This document shows positions 19,401 through 29,902 of a DNA stretch of 64,000 nucleotides, in pieces. A program made the position numbers and the translations under genes. The notes below the pieces were generated by a model. That model had not been told where the DNA came from and did not search any database. It saw nothing but the letters and a program-made list of their open reading frames with translations. The first letter of the stretch is position 1. Every line of letters starts with the position of its first letter. Source of the stretch: a virus; the IMG/VR virus record IMGVR_UViG_3300036939_000021, positions 32,001 through 96,000 of that record, one strand, 5' to 3'.

Positions 19401-19699
19401 CTTAAAACATTATCTGGTAAACTTTTAGTTTTTATTTTAGGTATTGAAATTTTTTGATAGTCTTTTAATTGAGATAAAGCAAAAGATATATCTGAGTTAT
19501 TTGTAGTTTTAGGATTAATAAGATGTCCATACATATTATAACTTTCGGATAATTTTTCTAATAAATCTTCTTCTATTAAATTAGCAAGATAGTTATCAGG
19601 AGTTTCTACAAATATATCAATAGAAGTTTTTGTATCAGATTTGTCGTTATCTGTTAATAATCTAATTGAGATATTGTCTTGTTTTATTATGAATTCCAT
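19397..19699 (-). CDS. hypothetical protein (candidate partner of the upstream peptidase)
   Basis: 100 aa acidic ORF 4 nt downstream of 19704..21185. Confidence 0.6.
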   Translation of the reverse strand: MEFIIKQDNISIRLLTDNDKSDTKTSIDIFVETPDNYLANLIEEDLLEKLSESYNMYGHLINPKTTNNSDISFALSQLKDYQKISIPKIKTKSLPDNVLS

Positions 19700-19703
19700 A
19701 AAA

Positions 19704-21185
19704 TTAGTTATTTAAGAGATGTCCTAAAACTAAATTAAAATGTTCAGGATCTTTATTATATAAAGATCTCATAGTTTGTGGTGAATGGAAATGTTCCATA
19801 CCAACTGCGTGTACTTCGGTAGCTTCAACGTCTGAAGTATAAACTCTTCCTACATAAGGAGTTATATAATTACCTCTATAAGCTATTTCATCATTTCTAT
19901 ATTTGCTACTATTAGTTATATCATTAAGTTTTTCTGCATTTTGAGTTAGACTTCTCTCTTCTCGCCATTTTTCATTTGCTCTTAATATATTTTTATTTTC
20001 AGTTTCAGCATGATGGGATACTTCATGCCATAAAGCATAAGATGGGGCATTTTTACCAACTTCAATTAATTTTTTATTTTTATCGGCATAGGCTCTGTCG
20101 CCCTCTGCTTTAATTGATTGAAGTAGAGATTGACCTTTACCGCCTGTGTGATAATAATAGTCAGTTAGATCATCTAAAACTCTTTGTTTAATTTGAGGAT
20201 CTTTAATATCTATATCTACTTTTTCTGCTAAAGCTCTGGCTTCTTGTTTTGATAAAGGAGTAGATTTGCCTAAATCTTCTCTTAAATTTATAAAAGCTTG
20301 CTCTTGTTCTTTTTTTAATTTTTCTTGTTCTTGCTGTAAATTTTCTATATTTTTTTGTATATTTTTACGATCTTTAACAGATGCTTTAGGTAGACGCTTT
20401 TTTTCGTTTCTTAATTTAATACTAATATCTACTAATTTTTTTCCATGATCTTTAATACTATCTAAATGTTTATTAGATAAAGTAGCACCAATACTAATAA
20501 TTTCTTTTGGTGATGATTTTATCGATTTAGAAGAAGACTCTAGAGAAACTTCAACAGCTTTTTTAATTTCTGTTTTTTGTCTTTTGGGTATTTCATCGTT
20601 ATTTAGTAATTTACTGACTTTTTCTTTTAATACTGTTTTTTTCGTTTTACTAGGAAGTTCATCAGCAAATAAGGTTTTTTTAACATCTTTAACGTCTTGA
20701 GCTATAGGTTTACCTATTTTAGATATTTCATCTAATTTACTTTTTAAAGTATCTAATTTTGTTTTTTGTTTTAATATAGACGACGTTTCAGGCTTAGGAT
20801 GTGTTTTAGTAGAAGTTGTAGGAAGTATAGATTTTTTGGATCTAGCTTCTTCTATAGCTTCACGCCAACTATCAGTTTTTCTACCATCTTTAGCTTTAAC
20901 ACCATATTCAGCAGCAACTTTTTTAAGAGTTGCTAATTTCATTCCTTTTAAATCATTATCAGCATTATTAGAAGAAACTGTAGAAGTTTTAGAAGTAGTA
21001 TTTTTTGTAGTAGATGCTTTAGTTTCAGTTTTTTTAGTAGATTTAGTTGTACTTTTTTTTGTTTTATCTCCTCCTTTAGGCATAAACTGACCACCTAAAG
21101 GATGTCCTGGAGGATAACGAGGATGCTCACTCTCTTTAAAAGAACTTGCTATTTTCTTTCTTGTTGATCCTAATTTTGTAGGCAT
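19704..21185 (-). CDS. putative virion-packaged protein with C-terminal zincin metallopeptidase
   Basis: N-terminal FKESEHPR...GGQF motif, Rho_N-like helix pair, HEVSH (HExxH) plus downstream EVHAVGME. Confidence 0.65.
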   Translation of the reverse strand: MPTKLGSTRKKIASSFKESEHPRYPPGHPLGGQFMPKGGDKTKKSTTKSTKKTETKASTTKNTTSKTSTVSSNNADNDLKGMKLATLKKVAAEYGVKAKDGRKTDSWREAIEEARSKKSILPTTSTKTHPKPETSSILKQKTKLDTLKSKLDEISKIGKPIAQDVKDVKKTLFADELPSKTKKTVLKEKVSKLLNNDEIPKRQKTEIKKAVEVSLESSSKSIKSSPKEIISIGATLSNKHLDSIKDHGKKLVDISIKLRNEKKRLPKASVKDRKNIQKNIENLQQEQEKLKKEQEQAFINLREDLGKSTPLSKQEARALAEKVDIDIKDPQIKQRVLDDLTDYYYHTGGKGQSLLQSIKAEGDRAYADKNKKLIEVGKNAPSYALWHEVSHHAETENKNILRANEKWREERSLTQNAEKLNDITNSSKYRNDEIAYRGNYITPYVGRVYTSDVEATEVHAVGMEHFHSPQTMRSLYNKDPEHFNLVLGHLLNN

Positions 21186-21208
21186 GGTTGATAAAAAATA
21201 GATTTAAA

Positions 21209-21221
21209 GTGGAATATTGTA
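21209..21221 (+). promoter_or_regulatory. putative late promoter GTGGAATATTGTA
   Basis: 29 nt upstream of the scaffold ATG. Confidence 0.7.
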
Positions 21222-21250
21222 AATACGGCTTTTATTAGAAAATATCTATT

Positions 21251-22099
21251 ATGGCACTTGATCCAGAAGTATTAGCAGCTATTCAAGAAACTGTCAAGGA
21301 ATCTTTTACTGAGTTTAATTCTACTATAGAATCTAAATTTCGTGAATTAACAAGAAAACAAGACTCAATAAAAAAAGATTTTACAAATATTATTGATACA
21401 CAACTTAATGAACGCTTTGACAGTATTACTCCGAATCTAGCATTTATTGAAGATGTAAGAAAAGAGTATGAAGAGGAAATTAGACAAAATCAGTATAATC
21501 CTGAACCTGAAGTAGAAATTGAAGAAGGTAATAAAAATAACAAACGTTCTAAAGGTAAGCGAGATGTTGTGGAAGAAACCACACTTTTAGAACAAAAATT
21601 AAGAGCAGAGTTCGAGGCTAAATTGATCGAAGATCGTAAACGTGTTACAGAACTTGAAACACAACTTAAAGCCGATCAAGAAAAAACTAGAGAAGAACAA
21701 GAAAAAGCACGTCTTACCAGTTTACGTAATGATGCTCTAAACACTATTCGAGAAATGGGTTTAGTTTCTCCAGGTAAAGAGAATCGTTTGTTTACTCTTT
21801 TAGAGCAAGACGGCAGACTTGTAAAAACAGAAGAAGGTTTTAAGATTGCGGCTAAAGATAAATTTGGTGATGATGTTCAATTAGCTATTTCAGAGCAATT
21901 ACCTGAATTAATTAAAACATCATATGATGAATATTCAATACCTAGAGGTGGAACAGGTACGGGAGGAGTAAACACACCACGGAATAATAATGTACCCACT
22001 CAGGATTTCTCAGGATTGACCGCACAACAAATTTACGAACAAAAAAATTTGCTTGGTGCTGATTTGATTAAAACTCTTGAACAAAATTACTCTGTGTAA
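21251..22099 (+). CDS. capsid scaffolding protein
   Basis: Acidic coiled coil with a GGTGTGG tail, directly upstream of the capsid gene. Confidence 0.8.
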   Translation: MALDPEVLAAIQETVKESFTEFNSTIESKFRELTRKQDSIKKDFTNIIDTQLNERFDSITPNLAFIEDVRKEYEEEIRQNQYNPEPEVEIEEGNKNNKRSKGKRDVVEETTLLEQKLRAEFEAKLIEDRKRVTELETQLKADQEKTREEQEKARLTSLRNDALNTIREMGLVSPGKENRLFTLLEQDGRLVKTEEGFKIAAKDKFGDDVQLAISEQLPELIKTSYDEYSIPRGGTGTGGVNTPRNNNVPTQDFSGLTAQQIYEQKNLLGADLIKTLEQNYSV

Positions 22100-22104
22100 T
22101 TTTT

Positions 22105-22117
22105 GTGGAACATTGTA
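22105..22117 (+). promoter_or_regulatory. putative late promoter GTGGAACATTGTA
   Basis: 25 nt upstream of the capsid ATG. Confidence 0.7.
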
Positions 22118-22142
22118 ATTAAAGGAATATTATTAAAAAATA

Positions 22143-23507
22143 ATGCCACCTACACAAACTCCTAATGCTGGTGCATTGCTTGAGACGGCTATTGCATCAG
22201 CAGCATTAACACAACTTAATCATGTTGCTATATATCCTCGTGTTGCGACTCGTGACTATGAACTGGGAGCATTTGCAAGAGGAAATGTAGTTAGGATTAG
22301 ACGCCCTAAGCGTAGACGTGCTGTAGATTTAGATCCTCGTACTGGTGGATTTAATTTTACAGAAGCAGAATTCTTTTCTGGGGAAGTAAAGCTAGAGCGT
22401 TTGTGGACTGACGGATTTTTGATGTATGGTCATGATTCACAGCAAACAATGGCTTTATATTTGGCTGAAACTGCTAGTCAAATTTCTGATGCTATCATTA
22501 CACCGAATGATGAGTATCTTTATACAAAATTTAGAGATTGGAGTCCCTTCGCTAGTGTTTTAAGCACGGGTGCTTATGCGCTTGGTGATACTCCACCATT
22601 TAATATTTCTTTTTGTATAAAAGATGATGGCACTCTTACAGAATTTAATAATGAAGGACTAAGAGGTGCTAGTGTTTTCTTAGATAAAGAAAATGCAGGT
22701 AATGATCGTTATGCTGTGATCTCTAGTTCTGCTAAAGGTGCTTTTCTTGGAGATAGTATAGCAATCGAAGGATCTAAAGTTGAAGCGGAAAAAGATCCAC
22801 TCTCTCAATTAATTATTGCTGGTATCAGACAAGGGCAATTTGTTGAGAGATATGGATTTAGACTTGCAGGATCTAATACCGTAGGTGGTCAAACAGGTAC
22901 ACCTGATTTAGATACAGTCGCAGGAATTCAGGGGACTTTACCTATTAGTGCTAGTGCTGCGAATACTCAGTTATCGTATGCTGATTTTAGTTCTACCTAT
23001 GGTGTAGGTTCTTTGATTGGTGCCGTAGATATTACTCTGACAGCCGGAACGGCTTTACCTCCAAGTATTGCAGTAGGTAAAATTGCTAGACTTGCACCAG
23101 GAACACCCAATAAGAGTAACGTATTTTATGGTGTTATTCTACGAGTAAATCTTACAACACCAACAGCACCTATTGTAACGATGGTTCCATATAAATGGAA
23201 TGGTCAAAAAATTCCTGCAACGGGAATTATTCCAGGTACTTACGTATTTAGCGTTCCTGACATTCCTAGCGTAAATACTGTAAACACTACTGAAGGTTTG
23301 TTGATGGCAAATCGTTTCTTACGTGAGCCACGTTTAGGAAGTGGAGCGGTTGCAGCAAGTATCCGTGACCCTCAGACTAATAATGTAATTCAAGTCTTTA
23401 CAGGGAATTATGACTTGGGTACTGTGAGCGAAAAGAATGCAGCTTATATGCTAACAGGTGCTAAAATTTCTGATTGTCGTAAGACTGGTTTGATTCTTTC
23501 ACTATAG
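22143..23507 (+). CDS. major capsid protein (P22 coat-like)
   Basis: RDYE...GNVVRIRRP N-terminal signature; follows the scaffold gene. Confidence 0.85.
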   Translation: MPPTQTPNAGALLETAIASAALTQLNHVAIYPRVATRDYELGAFARGNVVRIRRPKRRRAVDLDPRTGGFNFTEAEFFSGEVKLERLWTDGFLMYGHDSQQTMALYLAETASQISDAIITPNDEYLYTKFRDWSPFASVLSTGAYALGDTPPFNISFCIKDDGTLTEFNNEGLRGASVFLDKENAGNDRYAVISSSAKGAFLGDSIAIEGSKVEAEKDPLSQLIIAGIRQGQFVERYGFRLAGSNTVGGQTGTPDLDTVAGIQGTLPISASAANTQLSYADFSSTYGVGSLIGAVDITLTAGTALPPSIAVGKIARLAPGTPNKSNVFYGVILRVNLTTPTAPIVTMVPYKWNGQKIPATGIIPGTYVFSVPDIPSVNTVNTTEGLLMANRFLREPRLGSGAVAASIRDPQTNNVIQVFTGNYDLGTVSEKNAAYMLTGAKISDCRKTGLILSL

Positions 23508-23523
23508 GATTTTAATAATAAAA

Positions 23524-24099
23524 ATGCCTGAATACGAATATACTTTGATGTATGAACCCCGTAATGGGACACCTGTTTCGGTTCCATCTGCTGAGGTTCA
23601 AGCAAGGCTTAATGAAGGTTTTAGAACAGCTAAACCTGATGAAGATACGGTTTTAAAACCTGGTACAGGAATAGCAAGAGTAGATATTTCTCCTAGTGCA
23701 ACTATTGCAGCTAGAGAAATGGTGCCTATTGAAATTAATGCAGCAACTCTTAAAGATTTACAAGTGCGTTTAGGTCTTTCTACTGCTTATGCAAAATTAG
23801 TAAAAGAAAAAAGACCTTACACCGATTTAGAGGATTTAATTGCAAAAGTCCCAGAGATTAACAACTGGGCTAATCTTGAACATATTATTAGCTTTAAGGA
23901 ACAAGAGCAACCTAAAGAGCTTGAGCAAGAAAAGGCAGTAATCCCACAGATTACTCAAAATCAAGATTTAAGTCCTACAGGTACAGATAAAGCAACGCCT
24001 GTTGAAGGTGAACTGAAAGTACTTTCAACAAAAGAAAAACTTGAGACAGATACTCAACAAAAGCTAGAAGCTAAACCAGAAGAAAAATCGAAGAAATAA
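23524..24099 (+). CDS. helix-hairpin-helix (ComEA/HHH_3-like) domain protein
   Basis: IEINAATLKDLQ..LGL....AK.....RPYTDLEDL. Confidence 0.7.
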   Translation: MPEYEYTLMYEPRNGTPVSVPSAEVQARLNEGFRTAKPDEDTVLKPGTGIARVDISPSATIAAREMVPIEINAATLKDLQVRLGLSTAYAKLVKEKRPYTDLEDLIAKVPEINNWANLEHIISFKEQEQPKELEQEKAVIPQITQNQDLSPTGTDKATPVEGELKVLSTKEKLETDTQQKLEAKPEEKSKK

Positions 24100-24104
24100 G
24101 TATT

Positions 24105-24476
24105 ATGGCATTGTCTGAGCGTTCAGTATCTCTATTACATGAAATATATGAGATTACGACAATGCCTAACACGGTTTTTGCCGGAGGTGAAGGTACATCT
24201 CGTTTAGTACCAGATTTATTTAATGCTGGTTTGAGTGTTAGAGAACAACTTGAAAAAGCAATAGAGCAAATAAATCAGAATCCTTCTGTTATTACTAGAA
24301 TTGAAGAAATTCTAGCAGAATGGGAAGAGTTATCTATTGACCCTAGTAAAATAGAACAAGAGGGTTATTTTTTAAAACCCGAAAAAAATATAAAAGCAAT
24401 AAGAAAAAGACTCTACACATACACTGGAATAATATTTTCTGGTGATATTTCTTTTAATAGAATACCGTTAGGTTAA
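24105..24476 (+). CDS. putative head-tail connector
   Basis: 123 aa helical protein after the capsid locus. Confidence 0.45.
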   Translation: MALSERSVSLLHEIYEITTMPNTVFAGGEGTSRLVPDLFNAGLSVREQLEKAIEQINQNPSVITRIEEILAEWEELSIDPSKIEQEGYFLKPEKNIKAIRKRLYTYTGIIFSGDISFNRIPLG

Positions 24477-24488
24477 AGGAAGATATTA

Positions 24489-27146
24489 ATGCCTTTACCT
24501 ACAACAGCTAAAAAAGGTACTACATTTAACTTTGAAATAGTGGCAGTGTTAGATAAAGATTATCCTAACGCTATTTTAGTTTATTATGGTGAAGCTACAG
24601 AATATAATCATAAAAAACGTGAAACATTTACTTTAGGTTCTGTACCTAATCAAGGTATTACATTAAAATCAAAAGTTCAATCTTTAGGGCAATATACTTA
24701 TATCTGGAAAGTTGAAATAGTTGATAGCATTACTTCTAATTTAACAAAAACAGAATTTCAAACTTACTGTAAAATATTTTTAGATCAATATCGTTCTATT
24801 GAGATTGAGCGACAAATTTTAACATTAGAAGATAGTAAACCTTATATCAATCCTTTTATTATTTTTGATGTCGTTGTTCCTGATGTTCCTATTAATCAAA
24901 ATCCTTTAATTTCTATTACATCGCCTATATCCGGTGTTTCAATTGTTGCAGGAACATTAATAACAATTACAGCACAAGCATCTGATTCAGATGGGACAGT
25001 AGCCAGTGTTAGTTTTTATGCTAATAATATTTTAATAGGAACCGATACAACATCACCCTATTTTATACCTTGGACACCTACACAAGGAAATTATAATTTA
25101 ACTGCTAGAGCAACAGACGATAAAGGTGCTATAACAACTTCTGCTATTATTCCGGTTGTTGTTTCTGCTTCTTCTACTCCGACACCTACAGAGCCTATTT
25201 TAAGAAGTGAAGCAAATTTATTAGGAATAAATATTCCTGCAATGGGGGATTATTTTGCACCATATTTTAGAGATGCTGCAAGACAGTCACGACCCTATGA
25301 GGCAATAGGGGGAGGAGTTATAGCAAAAAATGCTAATGGTTATCCGACTGTTGCAAACTTTCAAGTTTATATATGGGCAGGAGGATATAAAAGACATGGA
25401 ACATATTTTATAGAAATATTACATTCAGATTCTTATTCTGGTGAAGGTATTTTAGATAGATTAGGTGGAGAGTTATCTAATATTATTTACGATATAAATA
25501 TTAATAAAACTACAGCAACTTGGATACATACAAATCCTGATGAATCTGTAGGAATGTTAATATTTCAAGGATTTACTGGAGGGATAACACATTTAAAAGT
25601 TTTGCGTCCTTCAAGTTCGGGTAGTAATATACCTTACGATGAATCTAAGATTTTTATGGATTCTATCGTAGATATTATGGGTAAGTTTGATGGAGCAAGA
25701 TTTTTAGATACAACGGGCGTAAATAGTTCTAGTATTCGTACTTGGAATCAAAGAACTTTAATTACCGATTATTCGCAAGCTAGAGATCAAGGAGAACCTG
25801 AATCAGGTTTTGGATTTGCTGGACGTGGATTAGCTTGGGAATACGTTGCAGATTTAGCCAATGAAGTAAAAGCAAAATATCCAAGTTTTAAAGCAATATG
25901 GATAAATATTCCGGTACTTGCTGATAATGATTATGTACTACAGTTATTTACTTTATTAAAAACTAGATTAAACACCGGAATAATAGTACATTGCGAATTT
26001 GGTAATGAAAACTGGAATTATACAAGACCTTTTTTACACGCTGAATATAATAAAAATGAAGCAGTTTTAGATGCACAGAAACCAGGTAGTTTATTAGTTT
26101 TTGATGGAAATACTGGTGAGTACACATTATCTTGGAGAAGGCAAGCTTTAAGAACTATTGAATTTTATTCTATTGCTCAAACAGTATGGGGAGCTGATGT
26201 AGATAATAAAATTCAATTTCAACTTCAATGGCAACAAAGAAATGGGCAAAACACTGCTGGTGTGATGCTCTCTTTTGTTGATAAAGCTTTGAATGCTCTT
26301 GATATTATTGGAAAATTTGGTTTAGGTGGAAGTTGGTATTATAACCCTATTCATAACGATCCAAATTTAACTATAGATAATATTTGGAATTCAGGTACTA
26401 TGAATTCTGAAACATGGGCAAATGAATGGTTACAGACTGATGTAGATTGGGTTACCGCATATTCTAAACCTAATGGTTTTTTACAATGGAATGGGTATGA
26501 GGGTGGTACAAGTTTTGATAAAGTATTTGAAAGTTTAGAGACGACTAAAGAAGTTGCAGATAAAAATAATGCAATAATGAAACTTGCAAATTATGATTCC
26601 AGAATGACAACTAATCATGTAGAACATATAGATATGGGTTCAAAACATGGTCGTAACTGGAATTATTGTTATAAGTTAGGGGGTGCAAGAGAAAATCAAT
26701 ATGAATGGGCATATTTATATAATCACGATGACTTTAATACACCTAAAATCAATGCAATAGATATTCTTAGATCTAGAAACAGGGCTGCTTTAACATATGG
26801 TAGAATTGTACCTTTTATTATTAATGCTGGATTGTATTCTATCAACGACAAAGGATATGGTGATAGAATTGATGGTGATTATAAATTAGATGGTGAGGAA
26901 ACTGTTAGTTATACGTTTAGGGTAGTAACAGCAGGAAACTATACATTCAGTTTTGTTTCTAATGATACTAATAGTTATAAGATTTTATTTGGTACAACAG
27001 TTTTAAATAATAATATTAATGCATTAGCAAATCAGAGTATAGAACCTATTATTATTAATTGTCCAAATAGTGGATTATATGCAATTAGAATAAAAAATTT
27101 ATCAACAGGTCAAGCATATTTAAAAGAAATTTCTATACAGGTTTAA
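24489..27146 (+). CDS. Ig-like (Big_7) domain plus clan GH-A-like glycoside hydrolase
   Basis: ASDSDGTVASVSFY...ARATDDKG Ig domain; WINIP, EFGNENWN and YEGG motifs. Confidence 0.7.
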   Translation: MPLPTTAKKGTTFNFEIVAVLDKDYPNAILVYYGEATEYNHKKRETFTLGSVPNQGITLKSKVQSLGQYTYIWKVEIVDSITSNLTKTEFQTYCKIFLDQYRSIEIERQILTLEDSKPYINPFIIFDVVVPDVPINQNPLISITSPISGVSIVAGTLITITAQASDSDGTVASVSFYANNILIGTDTTSPYFIPWTPTQGNYNLTARATDDKGAITTSAIIPVVVSASSTPTPTEPILRSEANLLGINIPAMGDYFAPYFRDAARQSRPYEAIGGGVIAKNANGYPTVANFQVYIWAGGYKRHGTYFIEILHSDSYSGEGILDRLGGELSNIIYDININKTTATWIHTNPDESVGMLIFQGFTGGITHLKVLRPSSSGSNIPYDESKIFMDSIVDIMGKFDGARFLDTTGVNSSSIRTWNQRTLITDYSQARDQGEPESGFGFAGRGLAWEYVADLANEVKAKYPSFKAIWINIPVLADNDYVLQLFTLLKTRLNTGIIVHCEFGNENWNYTRPFLHAEYNKNEAVLDAQKPGSLLVFDGNTGEYTLSWRRQALRTIEFYSIAQTVWGADVDNKIQFQLQWQQRNGQNTAGVMLSFVDKALNALDIIGKFGLGGSWYYNPIHNDPNLTIDNIWNSGTMNSETWANEWLQTDVDWVTAYSKPNGFLQWNGYEGGTSFDKVFESLETTKEVADKNNAIMKLANYDSRMTTNHVEHIDMGSKHGRNWNYCYKLGGARENQYEWAYLYNHDDFNTPKINAIDILRSRNRAALTYGRIVPFIINAGLYSINDKGYGDRIDGDYKLDGEETVSYTFRVVTAGNYTFSFVSNDTNSYKILFGTTVLNNNINALANQSIEPIIINCPNSGLYAIRIKNLSTGQAYLKEISIQV

Positions 27147-27150
27147 ATTA

Positions 27151-28848
27151 ATGGTTATTCTATACAATAAACAAGGTATTTCGGTTGATGTTCCTGAAGG
27201 AGCGGTTGAACAGGCTTTAAATGAAGGTTTTACTAGAGATTTTCCTACTTTAGCTGTTTTAATAAAAAACTATAATCCTAATGTTAATCAGGATGAAATA
27301 CCTGTAGATATACAAGGAACGTTAAAACAAGTAGAATTTATTTTACAAAATCGTTCGGATACTGTTATTAATGTTCGTTATGGCGATACAGGTAGTGAAA
27401 CTAATATACCTGGAGGTGTACCTGCTAATGGTAAATTAAGATTTACTGCTTTTTCTGGTACAACACAAGTAAGTAGTTTACCTACGGTCTTAGTAACTTC
27501 TTCTGATTCTGATAATTTTGTAGAGTTAGAAAAATTTATTATATTTACAGCTACGCAACAAAAAAGTGGAACTATAACAAAAGTTGAGTTTTATTCTGGT
27601 GCAAGATTATTAGGTACTGTAGTATCAGCACCTTATACACTACAGCATACTTTTACAGCTACAGGAAAATATAAAATATACGCACGTTGTTATAGTGGTA
27701 CTGATTATACAACGAGTAATTTTTTAGATGTTTTTGCCATACCTAATAGAAGACAAGATCGAAATTTTACTCCTACCGTAACGCTAACAGCACCAAACAC
27801 CGGAATAATAAATCAAGCTGTTTTATTACAAGCGATTGCTACAGATTTAGATGGTACGGTTAATAAAGTTGAATTTTATTCTAATGATTTAAAAATAGGC
27901 GAAGATATAACAACACCATATTCTTTAAGTTATACTTTTGTTACTGGTGGAACTTATGTAGTAAAAGCAAGAGTTTATGATAATTTAGGTGCAACATCAG
28001 AATCTAATATTATACAGATTGTTATTTCAGCACCTTCTGTTCCTATTCCTACAATTTCTGTAACAGCACCAAGTACAGCTAATACAAATACCGCTCTTAC
28101 TTTAAATGCTACTGCAAGTATTACAGGAGATACGATAGCAGGTGTTCAATTTTTAGTAAATGGTATTAATCAAGGTAGTGCTGATACAACATCACCTTAT
28201 TCCATAAGTTGGACTCCTACCACACCGGGAAATTATACAATTACTGCTATTGCAACCGGAGTTTTAGGAGGTAGTGCTACAAGTGCAGGAGTAACGGTAA
28301 CGGTAACAACCCCAGCTGTACCAACTCCTACAATATCTATTGCTAATACAACACCAAAAGCAGGATTAATAAATGAAGTTTTTATAATAACCGCAACAGC
28401 AGCTTTAACAGGAGATACATTAACTTCTGTTCAATTTAGAGTTGATGGATCGAATATAGGAAGTCCGGATACAGTAGCACCTTATAGTTTAAGTCATACT
28501 TTTACAACAAAAGGTATTAAGCAATTATCAGCTATTGCTTTAGGTTCTCAAGGTGGAACAGCAACATCAGCTAACTACTCTATACAAATATTTGACTCAA
28601 AGGTCGTTGGTGGAGGTGCTGGTGCTGGTGGTGCTTCCTTAGGTGCTGATCCTGCCGATTTTATGTTATTTGACACTAATTTAGCTGGGGGCAATGCTTC
28701 AACTATGGCGATATTCGTAGGAGCAACACAAGTGGGGGCATTTAATTATGATGATACAAGTTATGCAGGTAAACCTTTTGCTTATTTTCATAATGCAACT
28801 AGCACTATGTACACAGGAACTATTCAACCTACTGTTAACTTTTCCTAA
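27151..28848 (+). CDS. multi-Ig-domain virion decoration protein
   Basis: Four Big_7-like repeats (V.FY/QF...G.D...PYS). Confidence 0.8.
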   Translation: MVILYNKQGISVDVPEGAVEQALNEGFTRDFPTLAVLIKNYNPNVNQDEIPVDIQGTLKQVEFILQNRSDTVINVRYGDTGSETNIPGGVPANGKLRFTAFSGTTQVSSLPTVLVTSSDSDNFVELEKFIIFTATQQKSGTITKVEFYSGARLLGTVVSAPYTLQHTFTATGKYKIYARCYSGTDYTTSNFLDVFAIPNRRQDRNFTPTVTLTAPNTGIINQAVLLQAIATDLDGTVNKVEFYSNDLKIGEDITTPYSLSYTFVTGGTYVVKARVYDNLGATSESNIIQIVISAPSVPIPTISVTAPSTANTNTALTLNATASITGDTIAGVQFLVNGINQGSADTTSPYSISWTPTTPGNYTITAIATGVLGGSATSAGVTVTVTTPAVPTPTISIANTTPKAGLINEVFIITATAALTGDTLTSVQFRVDGSNIGSPDTVAPYSLSHTFTTKGIKQLSAIALGSQGGTATSANYSIQIFDSKVVGGGAGAGGASLGADPADFMLFDTNLAGGNASTMAIFVGATQVGAFNYDDTSYAGKPFAYFHNATSTMYTGTIQPTVNFS

Positions 28849-29171
28849 TGGCAACTCTTACGGCTAACGCTCAAAGACTAGGAACTAATTATAAAAACGC
28901 TGCTTTTGTTTCTACTGGTAGTGTTTTTGCTGTAGGAACTACTACAGTTTTTATCAGAGAAGCTAACGGTACTTTAAGAAGTTGGCAAAATGGCAGAGCA
29001 TCTTTTTTGAATACCTTGCCTGGAACTAATAAAGATGAAATTCCAGCCTACACAGCTTTTCAAGTACTGCCAAGTCAGGAAATAATAACAGATGATAGTT
29101 TATTATCATTTGGAACCACCATTGCTACGGGTGGCGGCACGACTGTAAATGCTAACGGATTTATTCTCTAA
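28848..29171 (+). CDS. hypothetical virion protein
   Basis: Translationally coupled in the structural operon. Confidence 0.6.
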   Translation: MATLTANAQRLGTNYKNAAFVSTGSVFAVGTTTVFIREANGTLRSWQNGRASFLNTLPGTNKDEIPAYTAFQVLPSQEIITDDSLLSFGTTIATGGGTTVNANGFIL

Positions 29172-29173
29172 TC

Positions 29174-29902
29174 ATGACTCAAAATACTAGACCAGTTGAC
29201 GTTTCAGCAAATGGCAGCACTTCACAGGTTAATCTAATCGTAGATAGAAACGCATCAGGACACGAGGCAATGGGACGAGCGTTAGTTCACAACGAAAACC
29301 TGGTCAGTGCCGCAAATCCTTTGCCTATCACCAATGCAAGCTTGCCTAGTACATTAGGTGCTAAAATAGCTGCTCAAAGTTTTGCGGTAACTCTTTCTAC
29401 TGACGGTGCGTTTGCTACTGCTTTCGGTGCTGCGACTGACGCTGCGTCTGCAACAGATACGGGAAACACTGGATTTATATCGCTTTTTAAACGTTTGTTT
29501 TCCAAGCTCCCAGCTGCTTTGGTAAACAATAGATTTGCTGTAGATTCAGTTGTCCGTACTGCTGTAACAAATCCATTGCAATATGCCGCCATAGGTACTA
29601 GTGCAGGCGCAAATATTAAAAATACAACAGGCTCACTTTATTCGTTGTCTTGTTTGAATTCAAATGCAAGCACTCGCTATGTTCAGCTTTTTAATAAGAA
29701 TACTGCTCCAGTGGCTAGTGATATACCGTTAGAAAGTTTTGCTGTCTACGGAAATGATGGTCAATTAGTGCTAGGTCAAGACTATTTTACGTTGAATGGT
29801 ATTGATTTTTCTACTGGTATTAGTTGGGGAATATCAACTACGCGTAACTTATATACAGCAGCTACAGCAGCAGATACTATTTTTACAGCGAGGTATTTAT
29901 GA
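29174..29902 (+). CDS. putative fibre/virion protein
   Basis: AATD...GFISLFKRL helix plus C-terminal beta domain (RYVQLFNK...FSTGISW). Confidence 0.6.
   Translation: MTQNTRPVDVSANGSTSQVNLIVDRNASGHEAMGRALVHNENLVSAANPLPITNASLPSTLGAKIAAQSFAVTLSTDGAFATAFGAATDAASATDTGNTGFISLFKRLFSKLPAALVNNRFAVDSVVRTAVTNPLQYAAIGTSAGANIKNTTGSLYSLSCLNSNASTRYVQLFNKNTAPVASDIPLESFAVYGNDGQLVLGQDYFTLNGIDFSTGISWGISTTRNLYTAATAADTIFTARYL

Noticed and set aside
23524-24099. PsbU photosynthesis auxiliary gene
   Set aside because: Only a generic HhH motif is shared; there is no signal peptide and it sits in the capsid operon
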